DNA of 64,000 nucleotides from Ktedonobacter sp. (GTDB taxonomy: Bacteria; Chloroflexota; Ktedonobacteria; Ktedonobacterales; Ktedonobacteraceae). Below the pieces are notes generated by a model. The model made no database searches, had not been told where the DNA came from, and worked only from the letters and a program-made list of their open reading frames with translations. The stretch spans positions 63,659 to 127,658 of the forward strand of contig JBEVTI010000008.1 of the NCBI GenBank assembly GCA_041156125.1, written 5' to 3'. Both the position numbers and the translations under genes were made by a program. Of this stretch, positions 1 to 8,637 are shown in pieces (positions within the stretch are counted from its first letter, which is position 1; each line of letters begins with the position of its first letter).

Positions 1-120
1 AAAAGCCGCCGCCAACATTCTCTGCTTGAGCTCATAATTAGAGCGGCCTGGAAGGCCGCGAGATCTGGCTTGTCACCATCTTGTTGACTTCCACCACTAT
101 GGCGTCGAGGGGAGTTTTTG

Positions 121-540
121 TTAAAGGAAGATTACGCCAGTAGCCGGACTGAAAACTGACGCGCAATTGCTCCGCGATATAGCTGGCTGCCTGACGAGTG
201 ACCAGTAGGGTATATACCGATTTATATCCAGCGAGAAGAACGCTATCAGGCCGATGTACAAACAACTCAGCAGGCCGGTGATCAACGCCGCAGATGGCGG
301 CAACAAGGCTCCAGCGAGAATTATCGAAATTGTAAAAATACCGAAAAGTGGAACTAGTGCGGAAGTAAGTGGATTGGTAACCAGCGGTCCTGTCACGGAC
401 AAAAAAGTGATAGCGAGAATACAGATTGCTGAAAATCTCTGATAACCTCTGCGCCCGGCAAACCAGGAGATAGTCAAGATGCAGATCAGGACAAAGGCAA
501 CTGGTCGAGCCGATTGGCTGCCTGGTGAGAAGAAAAGCAT
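121..540 (-). CDS. hypothetical multi-pass membrane protein; may be partial or frameshifted with overlapping ORF 38..265
   Basis: 139-aa ORF dominated by hydrophobic helices; no recognisable catalytic motif; gene may continue beyond window start. Confidence 0.35.
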   Translation of the reverse strand: MLFFSPGSQSARPVAFVLICILTISWFAGRRGYQRFSAICILAITFLSVTGPLVTNPLTSALVPLFGIFTISIILAGALLPPSAALITGLLSCLYIGLIAFFSLDINRYIPYWSLVRQPAISRSNCASVFSPATGVIFL

Positions 541-907
541 TATCAGAATAAGTGGGAACTAATGCTACCGTACAAAAATAAAAAAACCGCGGTCAAGCGA
601 GCATAGCGCTCTTGCTCCCTCTCTGAGGGAGTCGTCGCCTGTGGACGAGAGGGAAGAGCGATTTTGTACCACCAGTCAAGAAGCCTTTTCATCGCATTCC
701 TCTTTCTCTTTAGGAAATCCTTTATTCAATCAAATCAAGTTCGCGTAACTCGCTTAAAGCAGCTTCAATATCCATGGAGGAGAATGGAAGCTGCGTTTTG
801 ATTTCCTCGATGTTACGCCTGCCATTGATCAGCGAAAAGACAGAGCACACAATCAAACGCTCCCGCATCGATAGGTTCTGCAAGAGAGTTGGATCGAGCG
901 GCCTCTT

Positions 908-1267
908 CTATCTCAAAGGGTAAACATACCAGGCATTGCCGGTGGAAGAGGGAAGCTTTCCTGAAGGTGAAAAAGGCTGCGTTGGCGAGGGTGGTAAAGA
1001 GGGCGTCTTCTCCTTTTTGTCGCGCGCTTCTAATTCTACCTGCCACTGCGTACATGTCTCAAGCTTCTTATATGCCTGTTCTCCATTGATTTGCATACCA
1101 TTCTGAAGCACGAGTTGACAGCTCATAATTGTGCCCTTTTCAAGCACAATAGAGCCTCTGGCGGCTTTGCCCGAGATCTTTAATTCTGTCGTCAATTCAC
1201 AAGACTGACCCCGGAGATAGGTAAGCAACGTTGGCAGATCCCAAAAATAGGTTCTTTGATCACGCAT
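908..1267 (-). CDS. hypothetical protein with DUF4388-like N-terminal domain
   Basis: N-terminal segment (YFWDLPTLLTYLRGQSCELTTELKISGKAARGSIVLEKGTIMSCQL) resembles DUF4388 fold; low-complexity P/S-rich tail. Confidence 0.4.
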   Translation of the reverse strand: MRDQRTYFWDLPTLLTYLRGQSCELTTELKISGKAARGSIVLEKGTIMSCQLVLQNGMQINGEQAYKKLETCTQWQVELEARDKKEKTPSLPPSPTQPFSPSGKLPSSTGNAWYVYPLR

Positions 1268-1404
1268 TTACCTGCCTTTATTCCCCCTATACTACAGGTT
1301 CTTTGGGATAGATCACAAATACACAAGCTATTGTACATTCTCTTTTATAAAATTGCTATTAAAATCGCCTTAAAGAGCCATTCATAAAAGATCCGAGTTA
1401 TGTA

Positions 1405-1470
1405 ATATCAAATTTCGCGAGGCAGATAAGCATGCTCCCACCTCTGGTCAGAGGTGGGAGCATGCTTATC
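1405..1470. terminator. long perfect hairpin (about 31-bp arms) immediately 3-prime of the BON-domain gene
   Basis: tcgcgaggcagataagcatgctcccacctctg / cagaggtgggagcatgcttatctgcctcgcga read directly; sits 24 nt past the stop of 1494..2354(-). Confidence 0.55.
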
Positions 1471-1493
1471 TGCCTCGCGAGACGCGCAAATGT

Positions 1494-2354
1494 CTAGATA
1501 CGCGCAATCCTGTTAGTTGTCCTGCCAAGATTGCCAGGAATATCTGTATTTAATCCGATATGGTTGACCACCACACGGGCACCCGGAACACCAGAGATCT
1601 CGCGCTCCAGGAGAGACTTCATTAAATCGTTGGGCACATTGCCATAGAGGCTGACAATGCCGTTTTCGACCAGCACCGAGAGATCGGTCGCGCCATTCAG
1701 TTTGTTGGCAGACTTCAGGCCATCGATAACTGCATTGACTGCATTCAGCAATTCATCCTCAGCTACCAGGAAGTTCATTACATCAAGCACGCCTGGAATC
1801 TGCCGCACTGCCGCTTCAACCTCCTGCTTCTGGGCCTCCAATTCGACTTTGCCATAGAGTGAGAGCACTACACCCTCGCGCTCCACAAAGACCTTCACTG
1901 GATGAGCGCTCCAGGCGGTGCTAGCAATTGTCACAGTGCTCTCCACTGTGGCTTCGGCCTGATCCAGAACTTGATCAGCGAAAACGGTCGGCTTGCCGGT
2001 AATGGCGGAGTCCGCGAATGAAGTCGCGTAGCGACCACCACGCGTCTGCGCTCCATGCGCCGCGCCGTGTGGATTCTCCAGGGCCCAACCCATAATACCA
2101 ATAAGGACACATGGAAGACCAATAAAAATAAACCAGGGTGCAAAAGGCGCCGTCTGGTCATGATTGGGCGTCCCAAAGAGGATCAGGCCAATAAAAACTA
2201 GCCCCATAGCCACAGTCAACAGAACCGGCCACAGGCTCGGACCTGGCAAATGAATATGGGCTTCCTCTTCTTCTAAAAATTCTTCCTCAGTAATCGCATC
2301 AGAAGCGCCCAGCTCTTCCTCAGTCATACTGGTACTTGCCAGAGGAGTATTCAT
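1494..2354 (-). CDS. membrane protein: acidic N-terminus, two TM helices, two BON domains
   Basis: Two hydrophobic helices (LWPVLLTVAMGLVFIGLILFG; WFIFIGLPCVLIGIMGWAL) then two BON-like repeats (VVLSLYGKV...GVLDVMNFLV; IVSLYGNV...GARVVVNHI). Confidence 0.6.
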   Translation of the reverse strand: MNTPLASTSMTEEELGASDAITEEEFLEEEEAHIHLPGPSLWPVLLTVAMGLVFIGLILFGTPNHDQTAPFAPWFIFIGLPCVLIGIMGWALENPHGAAHGAQTRGGRYATSFADSAITGKPTVFADQVLDQAEATVESTVTIASTAWSAHPVKVFVEREGVVLSLYGKVELEAQKQEVEAAVRQIPGVLDVMNFLVAEDELLNAVNAVIDGLKSANKLNGATDLSVLVENGIVSLYGNVPNDLMKSLLEREISGVPGARVVVNHIGLNTDIPGNLGRTTNRIARI

Positions 2355-2540
2355 CAGATCTCGCTTTCCTTCGAGAGTGGTTTACGATCTGTCGGGATGC
2401 TATTCCCAAGAGTAGATCCCTTGCATGTAGCATACCAGGAATGTTCCAATTTGACAAGGCATTGTTGCCAGGGCATTGCAGAAGTCTTTACAGGGGTCTT
2501 ACAAAGCGAGAAGGCGACTTTGAAACAGCCCTGGAAGTCT

Positions 2541-3179
2541 TTACTCCGCCAGGAGCACCTGGAGATCGCTCTGCAACTGATTGGCTGTAAAGCCGTCGCT
2601 AAAAAGGACACGCTCGCGGCCTACTTTATCGATGATGTAGATCGCGGAGGTGTGCATGCTGGTCGAACCGGTCGAGGGCTGAGCATAGATGCTATAGGAG
2701 TTCCAGACAGGGGCTAGCTCACTTTGCGTACCGATGAGGTAATGCCAGTTGCTGCCAAGTTTGTGCTCGCTAGAAAAGTTTTGTACGGCTGCAGGGGTGT
2801 CGCCTTTGGGATCAACACTGACCGCGAGCATCATTACATGCGCGGCGTTTTTACCTAAAAGCGTCTGGGTCTTATGCAAGATCTCTGCGGTCAGTGGGCA
2901 TACATCAGGACAATGGGCATAGAGAAAGGTCAGCACAACTGGCTCGCCGCGAAATTGGGAAAGTGTGATCGGTTTGCCGAACTGATCGCTCAGATGGAAA
3001 TCGGGCGCGGTAGTGCTGCCCAGATCAGTGCCTTGCAGACCAGATAAGGGACTTGTTCCCGCGTCCGCATTCTGACTCCCGCCAGTATTACGCAATCCCC
3101 AGAGCGCTACGATCACCACAATCAGTAGCGCCATAGTAATTACAGAGAGGCGAGATGCCAGACGCCAGCTCATTTTCAT
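2541..3179 (-). CDS. SCO1/SenC family copper chaperone for cytochrome c oxidase
   Basis: N-terminal TM anchor, thioredoxin-like fold with CPDVCP (CxxxC) motif, conserved downstream His region. Confidence 0.85.
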   Translation of the reverse strand: MKMSWRLASRLSVITMALLIVVIVALWGLRNTGGSQNADAGTSPLSGLQGTDLGSTTAPDFHLSDQFGKPITLSQFRGEPVVLTFLYAHCPDVCPLTAEILHKTQTLLGKNAAHVMMLAVSVDPKGDTPAAVQNFSSEHKLGSNWHYLIGTQSELAPVWNSYSIYAQPSTGSTSMHTSAIYIIDKVGRERVLFSDGFTANQLQSDLQVLLAE

Positions 3180-3220
3180 TGTCTTCGCCTTTTGCCTTAT
3201 CTCTAATGCTTGCTCTGTCT

Positions 3221-4129
3221 TTAATGAATCACTCTGTCCAAGACCATTACGGCAAAAATAAGCGTTAAATAACAGTTAGAATACCAGAAAATCGTGCGAG
3301 CCCATTTGCGGGTGGTGTCTAGCCACAAACGGATCGCCATATAGATAAAGATACCACCTAACGCAAGCGCGCCGATCAGGTACAGAGTGCCCATAGCCTG
3401 CATGGCGAACAAGACCAGCGTCACTGCTACTAACATCAGGGAATAGAGCAGGATCTGCTTTTTGGTCTCGCGCTCACCCATAACTACGGGTAACATAGGC
3501 ACATTCACGCGCGCATAATCCTTCTCAATCAGCAGTGAGAGCGCCCAGAAATGTGGCGGTGTCCAATAAAAGACAATTGCGAACAACCAGATTGCTGCTA
3601 GCGGCACGCTATTCGTTACCGCCGCCCAACCTATCAGCACAGGTGCTGCTCCAGCGGCCCCACCGATGACGATGTTCTGCGTCGAGGTGCGCTTTAACCA
3701 GGCTGTATAAATAAAGACGTAGAAAAGGATGGCTGCAAGACTTAGTAGCGCGCACAGCAGGTTTACAAAGACGCTGAATACTATTACCGAACCCACCCCT
3801 AAGACCAGCCCAAAAATCAACGCCCGCCTGGGCTGCACTTTGCCGGATGGTAACGCGCGCCGCTGGGTACGCGTCATAATCTGATCAATGTCGCGATCAA
3901 TATAACAATTGATGCAATTCGCGCTGCCCGCGGACATCAGCCCGCCGAGCAGGGTAGCCAGAATTAATCCCAGATCTGGTAGCCCCTGCCTGGCAATCGA
4001 CATAGTTGCTACAGTGATACCCAGCAAAAGTACTGTTACATGCGGCTTGATCAAATTAATATAGCTAGAGATGGTCTGACGCAAGAGACCAGGCTCGTGA
4101 CGAACTTCTTGATGGTCTAATATCTTCAT
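3221..4129 (-). CDS. ctaB: protoheme IX farnesyltransferase (heme O synthase), UbiA family
   Basis: NCYIDRDIDQIMTRTQRRALPSG UbiA/CyoE signature; 8-9 TM helices; start chosen at MKILDHQ (ATG 4127-4129) with GAGAGGG upstream instead of ORF-track start 4195. Confidence 0.85.
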   Translation of the reverse strand: MKILDHQEVRHEPGLLRQTISSYINLIKPHVTVLLLGITVATMSIARQGLPDLGLILATLLGGLMSAGSANCINCYIDRDIDQIMTRTQRRALPSGKVQPRRALIFGLVLGVGSVIVFSVFVNLLCALLSLAAILFYVFIYTAWLKRTSTQNIVIGGAAGAAPVLIGWAAVTNSVPLAAIWLFAIVFYWTPPHFWALSLLIEKDYARVNVPMLPVVMGERETKKQILLYSLMLVAVTLVLFAMQAMGTLYLIGALALGGIFIYMAIRLWLDTTRKWARTIFWYSNCYLTLIFAVMVLDRVIH

Positions 4130-4320
4130 CGGACGTATGAACCCTCTCTGTTCCGAATTCCGTGCAAGTGGGAAGAAGTTACCTTCTGTTTTCAAATAAT
4201 CTGACAGCTTTTATTCTCAAGGAAGCGCTCTGCCGCCTTCCTTGCAAGCCTGTAAGCTTACCTTACAACTACCTGAACAGAGATAGACAGGACGCAGGCG
4301 CGAAACAGTCCCTTTCTCTC

Positions 4321-4371
4321 AAGTCATTTTTTTGACCAGCGTGCAGAGCATGCTGGTCAAAAAAATGACTT
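4321..4371. promoter_or_regulatory. perfect 20-bp inverted repeat in divergent ctaB/ctaG intergenic region
   Basis: aagtcatttttttgaccagc ...11 nt... gctggtcaaaaaaatgactt; lies between divergently transcribed ctaB (start 4129) and ctaG (start 4450). Confidence 0.4.
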
Positions 4372-4449
4372 GTCTACTTATTCAAGGTTTGCTATAGTTA
4401 AAGGCGAACCCAGCAAATTCTGACTTATTGCTCTTGAAAGGCATGCGCT

Positions 4450-5304
4450 ATGGCCGCGAATATAGATTTTAGTTTCTGGCTAACTGAATGGAATCTGGCT
4501 CCGTCGCTGTTGCTTGGAGGCCTGGTGGTTGTGGCGCTCTATTGTTACGCGCTTGGCCCCTATCACAGACGCTACTATGCCACGGTGCCGCTAAAACGGG
4601 GCCAGACAATAGCGTTCTTCTGTGGCGTGGCGCTTATGTTGCTCGCTCTGATTTCGCCGCTAGATGCGTTGGGCGATGACTACCTTTTTAGCGCGCATAT
4701 GCTACAACATCTCTGCCTGACTACCTTTGGTCCTCCGCTGCTACTGATCGGTACACCAGAATGGATGTTGGAGCGCTTACTCAATATCCGTCTCCTCTTC
4801 CGCGTGCTGAAAATCCTGACGTGGGCGCCGCTGGCCTTCGCGCTCTATAACGCGGATTTCCTGATCTGGCATATACCTTCGCTCTACAATACGACTCTGG
4901 AGAACGAGACAATCCATATTTTTGAGCACATAACCTTTATTGTCCTGGGCATTCTGAGCTGGTGGCCGATCCTCAGCCCATCCTCAAAACTACCGCGCCT
5001 CTCACTTGGTGGCCAGGTGCTCTATATCTTTCTGAATGGCATGCCCGCGGTCCTGCTAGGAGCCGGTCTGACCTTTATGCCGCCTCTCTACGCGCCCTAT
5101 CTCTCCCAACCTCTTGTCTGGGGCATCTCTCACGGAGTAGATCAACAACTGGGCGGTCTGATTATGTGGATACCCGTCAATCTCTTCTATATCGTGATTA
5201 TGAGCGCGCTCTTCATTCGCTGGATGCAAAAGCAGGAGGCAAAACAGCTCGAGGCCGAGCGCGCAGGCGATGCGATCAATAATGATGTAGGAATTGTTTC
5301 CTGA
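4450..5304 (+). CDS. ctaG: cytochrome c oxidase assembly factor CtaG (Caa3_CtaG family)
   Basis: Polytopic membrane protein with conserved FSAHMLQH and histidine-rich helices typical of Caa3-type CtaG; located in cox biogenesis cluster. Confidence 0.7.
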   Translation: MAANIDFSFWLTEWNLAPSLLLGGLVVVALYCYALGPYHRRYYATVPLKRGQTIAFFCGVALMLLALISPLDALGDDYLFSAHMLQHLCLTTFGPPLLLIGTPEWMLERLLNIRLLFRVLKILTWAPLAFALYNADFLIWHIPSLYNTTLENETIHIFEHITFIVLGILSWWPILSPSSKLPRLSLGGQVLYIFLNGMPAVLLGAGLTFMPPLYAPYLSQPLVWGISHGVDQQLGGLIMWIPVNLFYIVIMSALFIRWMQKQEAKQLEAERAGDAINNDVGIVS

Positions 5305-5431
5305 GAAACGCTTTCTCACAGATCACACAAAGACATATGAGCATGCTATAATCACCCTGGATGTTTCCGCTTTTTGCGCCAGCAAAAGAATGGCAAAGAC
5401 AACAATCTGTTTCGATGTAGAGGATGTTAGC

Positions 5432-8400
5432 ATGCTCATCACGCGTCTTGAATTAGAAAATATTAAAAGCTATAAGCAGGTCACGATCAATTTTCAGCGC
5501 GGCACCACGGCCATCAGCGGCTCTAATGGCGCGGGCAAAACAACACTTGTTGAAGCGATTGGTTTTGCCCTTTTTGATTCGATGCCCTATAAACAGGATC
5601 AGTTTGTGCGCGAGGGCGAGAAATACGGGCGCGTGGTGGTCCATCTAATCGGCAGCGATGATCGACCATATATTGTAGAGCGCCGTTGCGGCTCTGGCGC
5701 GCTCTGGACACTCTACGACAGCGAAGCTAACCTGCGCCTGGAGCAGCGCGCCGATGTACAGGATAAGCTGCACGAACTCTTTGGCATCGAACGCGAGCGC
5801 TCGCTGGAGAATCTTTTCCGCGATGCGCTGGGTGTCCCTCAGGGCACGTTTACTTCGATCTTTTTGCAAAAGCCGGCCATGCGCAAGCAGACGTTCGATG
5901 CCCTGCTGCAGATTGAAGATTACCGCACTGCGTTCGAGTATCTTTTAGAGGCCCAGAAGCAGTATAAAGAGCAATTATTTACGCAAGAGCGCGAGATCCA
6001 GCGCCTGACCTTTGAGACACGCGATCTGGAGCCATGGCGCGCTTCCCTCAAGGCCGAGCGCGCGCGGGATCAAGAACTCAAAGCGCGCAATGTCGAGGCA
6101 ACACAACGCTTGAGCAAGCAGCAGGTGTATGCCGCGGTGCTGAAGCAGCGCCAACTCCATCTCCAACAATGCCAGAGCCAGTATAATCAGAGCGTTATCA
6201 TCCATGAGAGCACACGCAAGCAACTTGAGCTTGCCGATCAGACCCTCAATGATGCCCGCGCCTCTCACCAGGCTGTAGCGGAGAGCGGGCCTGACTTCGA
6301 GCGCTATCGGCTGGCCGAAACCGTGTTAACACGCCTGCGCCTTGATGAGCGCAAGCGCAACACATTGCGCCAGCAACAGGCTGATCTCAACAATGCGCTG
6401 GCCACCACCAGCGCTAATCTTCAGCATATTCAGTTCCGCCTGGACGAAGTCGCGTACAATCGCCAGCTCATCCTGGATCTATTGCCTGCCGTGGAGCGAC
6501 AGAGCGCGCTGGATACGCAGATCGCGATACTTAATCAGGATATGCGGCGCTACGAAGAATTGCGCGAGGCAGGCGTGAAGATCTATCGAGCGCGCGAAAA
6601 GAGCCAGCATGAGTTGGTCGGGGTGCGCCAACGCATCGCCGAAATTGAGCCACTCCTGCCCCTGGCGGATCTGCTTAGCGAGCGCCTCGCCCGCGTCACT
6701 CTTTTGAAAAATCAGAGCGAGCAGCGCCAGGATAAGCGCCTGCAACTTGAAGAGAAGCAGCAGGCTATGCTGGAGAAACAAAACGAACTGAAGCAGGCTC
6801 TGGCGAAACTGAATAAGGCTGAGCGAGCCATTGAAAGCATCGAGGCACACCGTCACGAGGGCGAGAAGTACGCGCTTGTGCTTAAAAGCCAGCAGAGCCT
6901 GGAAAATCAGCAGCACCACCTGCGCGGCAATATCGAGAGCTACGCAGATTCCCGCAGCCGCTCAGCGGGTGGTCAGTGTCCGTTGCTTCACCAGACTTGC
7001 CTGAACATTCAGCAACAGGGTCAGTTAAGCCTGGAGGCGTATTTTGATGGGGTGCTCATACAGGAACAGGAGCACCTGACGAGTCTTGAACAGCAGCTCA
7101 CGCTCATGGCTGAGCAGGGGAGCGCGTTAAGGAAACATGCCGAGGGGCTGGAGAAGTTGGGCCAATATATTGAGCAGCGCGACGGCAACGCGGAACGCAT
7201 TGAGCGTCTGAATGTGGAGATGCGCCGGATGGAGCGAGATGCTGAGCGACTGCGTAACGAGTGGGAAGGTTTCCAGCAAATCGACCAGGAGATTAGTCGG
7301 GCCAGAATACTCCACGCGGAGAGCGAGAGCGCTGATCGACTGACCCGGCAATTGCCAGGTTTTTATAGCCAGATAAAACAGCTCCTGGAGCGCATACAGC
7401 AATATGATGCCGAATTTGAGGAGCGCAAGAGCGAGAGCGAGCCGCTCAAACATAGTCGTGCTCAACTGGAGGAGTGCGCGCGTGAACTGGCCGCGCTCAA
7501 TAATCCGCGTCAAAGCAGTCAGACCGCGCAAGAGATCATCAAGCCAGAAGCAACCTATCGTCAGCAATTGCAGGAAGCCCAGCAGTCCTGGCAAGAGCTT
7601 ACATACCAGCTCAACCAGTTATGCACAGCACTGGAGGTCTACTCTCATCTCGATCAGTCTATCGCTGCTCAAGAGTTGCTGCGCGAACAGGCCGCGCCGG
7701 GTCATCAGAGGTATCTGCAAAATCTGGATGTTGCCGCCCGCTTGCCCGAAAAAGAGCTGGCCTGGGCAGAGGCGCGGGCCAGTATGGAGCAGGCTGAGCG
7801 CGAGCTCGCTCAGGCACATCAGGCATACCAACTGGCCGCTACAGCTTTTAGTGAGTATGAATTCCAGGTCGTTGAGGCAGAGATTAAGAGCCTGGGCGAG
7901 GAAATCGCTGGCCTGGCTGTCGAGATGAATAAACTCCAGAAAGATATCGATGCCCTGGAGCACAAGATTATTGCCGCTGAGGCTTTGCTGCTGGAACTGG
8001 AGACGGTACAAAAGGAAAAACAGACCCTGGAAGAACTGGGAACTATGATGGAGCAGTTCCGCAAGCTGATCAAGGATGCCGCGCCATATGTGCTGCACGC
8101 TATGCTCAGCGATATTTCAGCCGAGGCTAATCGCATCTTTGGCGAGATCATGGGCGATCGGAGCGCGCAGTTGAGTTGGAGCGACGATTACGAGATTACC
8201 CTGTTACGCCAGGGCGTCAAGCGTTCGTTTGCCCAGTTGAGCGGAGGCGAACAGATGAGCGCGGCCCTGGCTCTACGCCTGGCTTTACTCAAGAAGCTTT
8301 CCACGCTCAATCTGGCCTTCTTTGACGAACCCACGCAAAATATGGATGAACAGCGGCGCAGCAATCTGGCTGAACAGATTCGGCGTGTACGCGGCTTCGA

Positions 8401-8527
8401 TCAGTTGATCGTTATCAGCCACGATGATACCTTTGAACAGGGCCTGGATGCCCTGATCCGCCTGCGCAAGCAGGATGGTCAGACGTGCCAGTTAGATGAA
8501 AATGATGATTTAAATGATGCGGCTTGA
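5432..8527 (+). CDS. sbcC: Rad50/SbcC-like SMC-family ATPase (long coiled coil, hook-like Cys pair, ABC signature)
   Basis: N-terminal LELENIKSYK...ISGSNGAGKTTLVEAIGFALF Walker A; about 700 aa of coiled coil with central CPLLHQTC; C-terminal LSGGEQMSAALALRLAL signature, LAFFDEPTQNMD Walker B, VISHD H-loop. Start set at ATG 5432 (GAGGA 8 nt upstream), not ORF-track 5294. Confidence 0.8.
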   Translation: MLITRLELENIKSYKQVTINFQRGTTAISGSNGAGKTTLVEAIGFALFDSMPYKQDQFVREGEKYGRVVVHLIGSDDRPYIVERRCGSGALWTLYDSEANLRLEQRADVQDKLHELFGIERERSLENLFRDALGVPQGTFTSIFLQKPAMRKQTFDALLQIEDYRTAFEYLLEAQKQYKEQLFTQEREIQRLTFETRDLEPWRASLKAERARDQELKARNVEATQRLSKQQVYAAVLKQRQLHLQQCQSQYNQSVIIHESTRKQLELADQTLNDARASHQAVAESGPDFERYRLAETVLTRLRLDERKRNTLRQQQADLNNALATTSANLQHIQFRLDEVAYNRQLILDLLPAVERQSALDTQIAILNQDMRRYEELREAGVKIYRAREKSQHELVGVRQRIAEIEPLLPLADLLSERLARVTLLKNQSEQRQDKRLQLEEKQQAMLEKQNELKQALAKLNKAERAIESIEAHRHEGEKYALVLKSQQSLENQQHHLRGNIESYADSRSRSAGGQCPLLHQTCLNIQQQGQLSLEAYFDGVLIQEQEHLTSLEQQLTLMAEQGSALRKHAEGLEKLGQYIEQRDGNAERIERLNVEMRRMERDAERLRNEWEGFQQIDQEISRARILHAESESADRLTRQLPGFYSQIKQLLERIQQYDAEFEERKSESEPLKHSRAQLEECARELAALNNPRQSSQTAQEIIKPEATYRQQLQEAQQSWQELTYQLNQLCTALEVYSHLDQSIAAQELLREQAAPGHQRYLQNLDVAARLPEKELAWAEARASMEQAERELAQAHQAYQLAATAFSEYEFQVVEAEIKSLGEEIAGLAVEMNKLQKDIDALEHKIIAAEALLLELETVQKEKQTLEELGTMMEQFRKLIKDAAPYVLHAMLSDISAEANRIFGEIMGDRSAQLSWSDDYEITLLRQGVKRSFAQLSGGEQMSAALALRLALLKKLSTLNLAFFDEPTQNMDEQRRSNLAEQIRRVRGFDQLIVISHDDTFEQGLDALIRLRKQDGQTCQLDENDDLNDAA

Positions 8528-8568
8528 GACTGCTCGGCACCTGTGGCGCCTCGCATAAAGTCTCTTTT

Positions 8569-8619
8569 GTGGTGACTGTCAGGTTAATTGGTCGCGAGCC
8601 AGTTAACCTGACAGCCACT
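8569..8619. other. imperfect hairpin (12 bp perfect core, 17 bp total, 15-nt loop) between sbcC-like and nurA-like genes
   Basis: tggtgactgtcaggttaa ... ttaacctgacagccacta; no U-tract follows. Confidence 0.4.
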
Positions 8620-8637
8620 ACAGGACAGGACGTGTAT

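Noticed and set aside
813-1055. 80-aa minus-strand ORF overlapping 908..1267
   Set aside because: Different frame, no motif; could only be meaningful if a frameshift joins it to the DUF4388-like ORF, which cannot be established without reads.
5453-8151. Numerous 60-175-aa ORFs on both strands within the sbcC-like gene
   Set aside because: They overlap a gene with clear N- and C-terminal ATPase motifs; L/Q/A-rich products are artefacts of the coiled-coil coding repeat.
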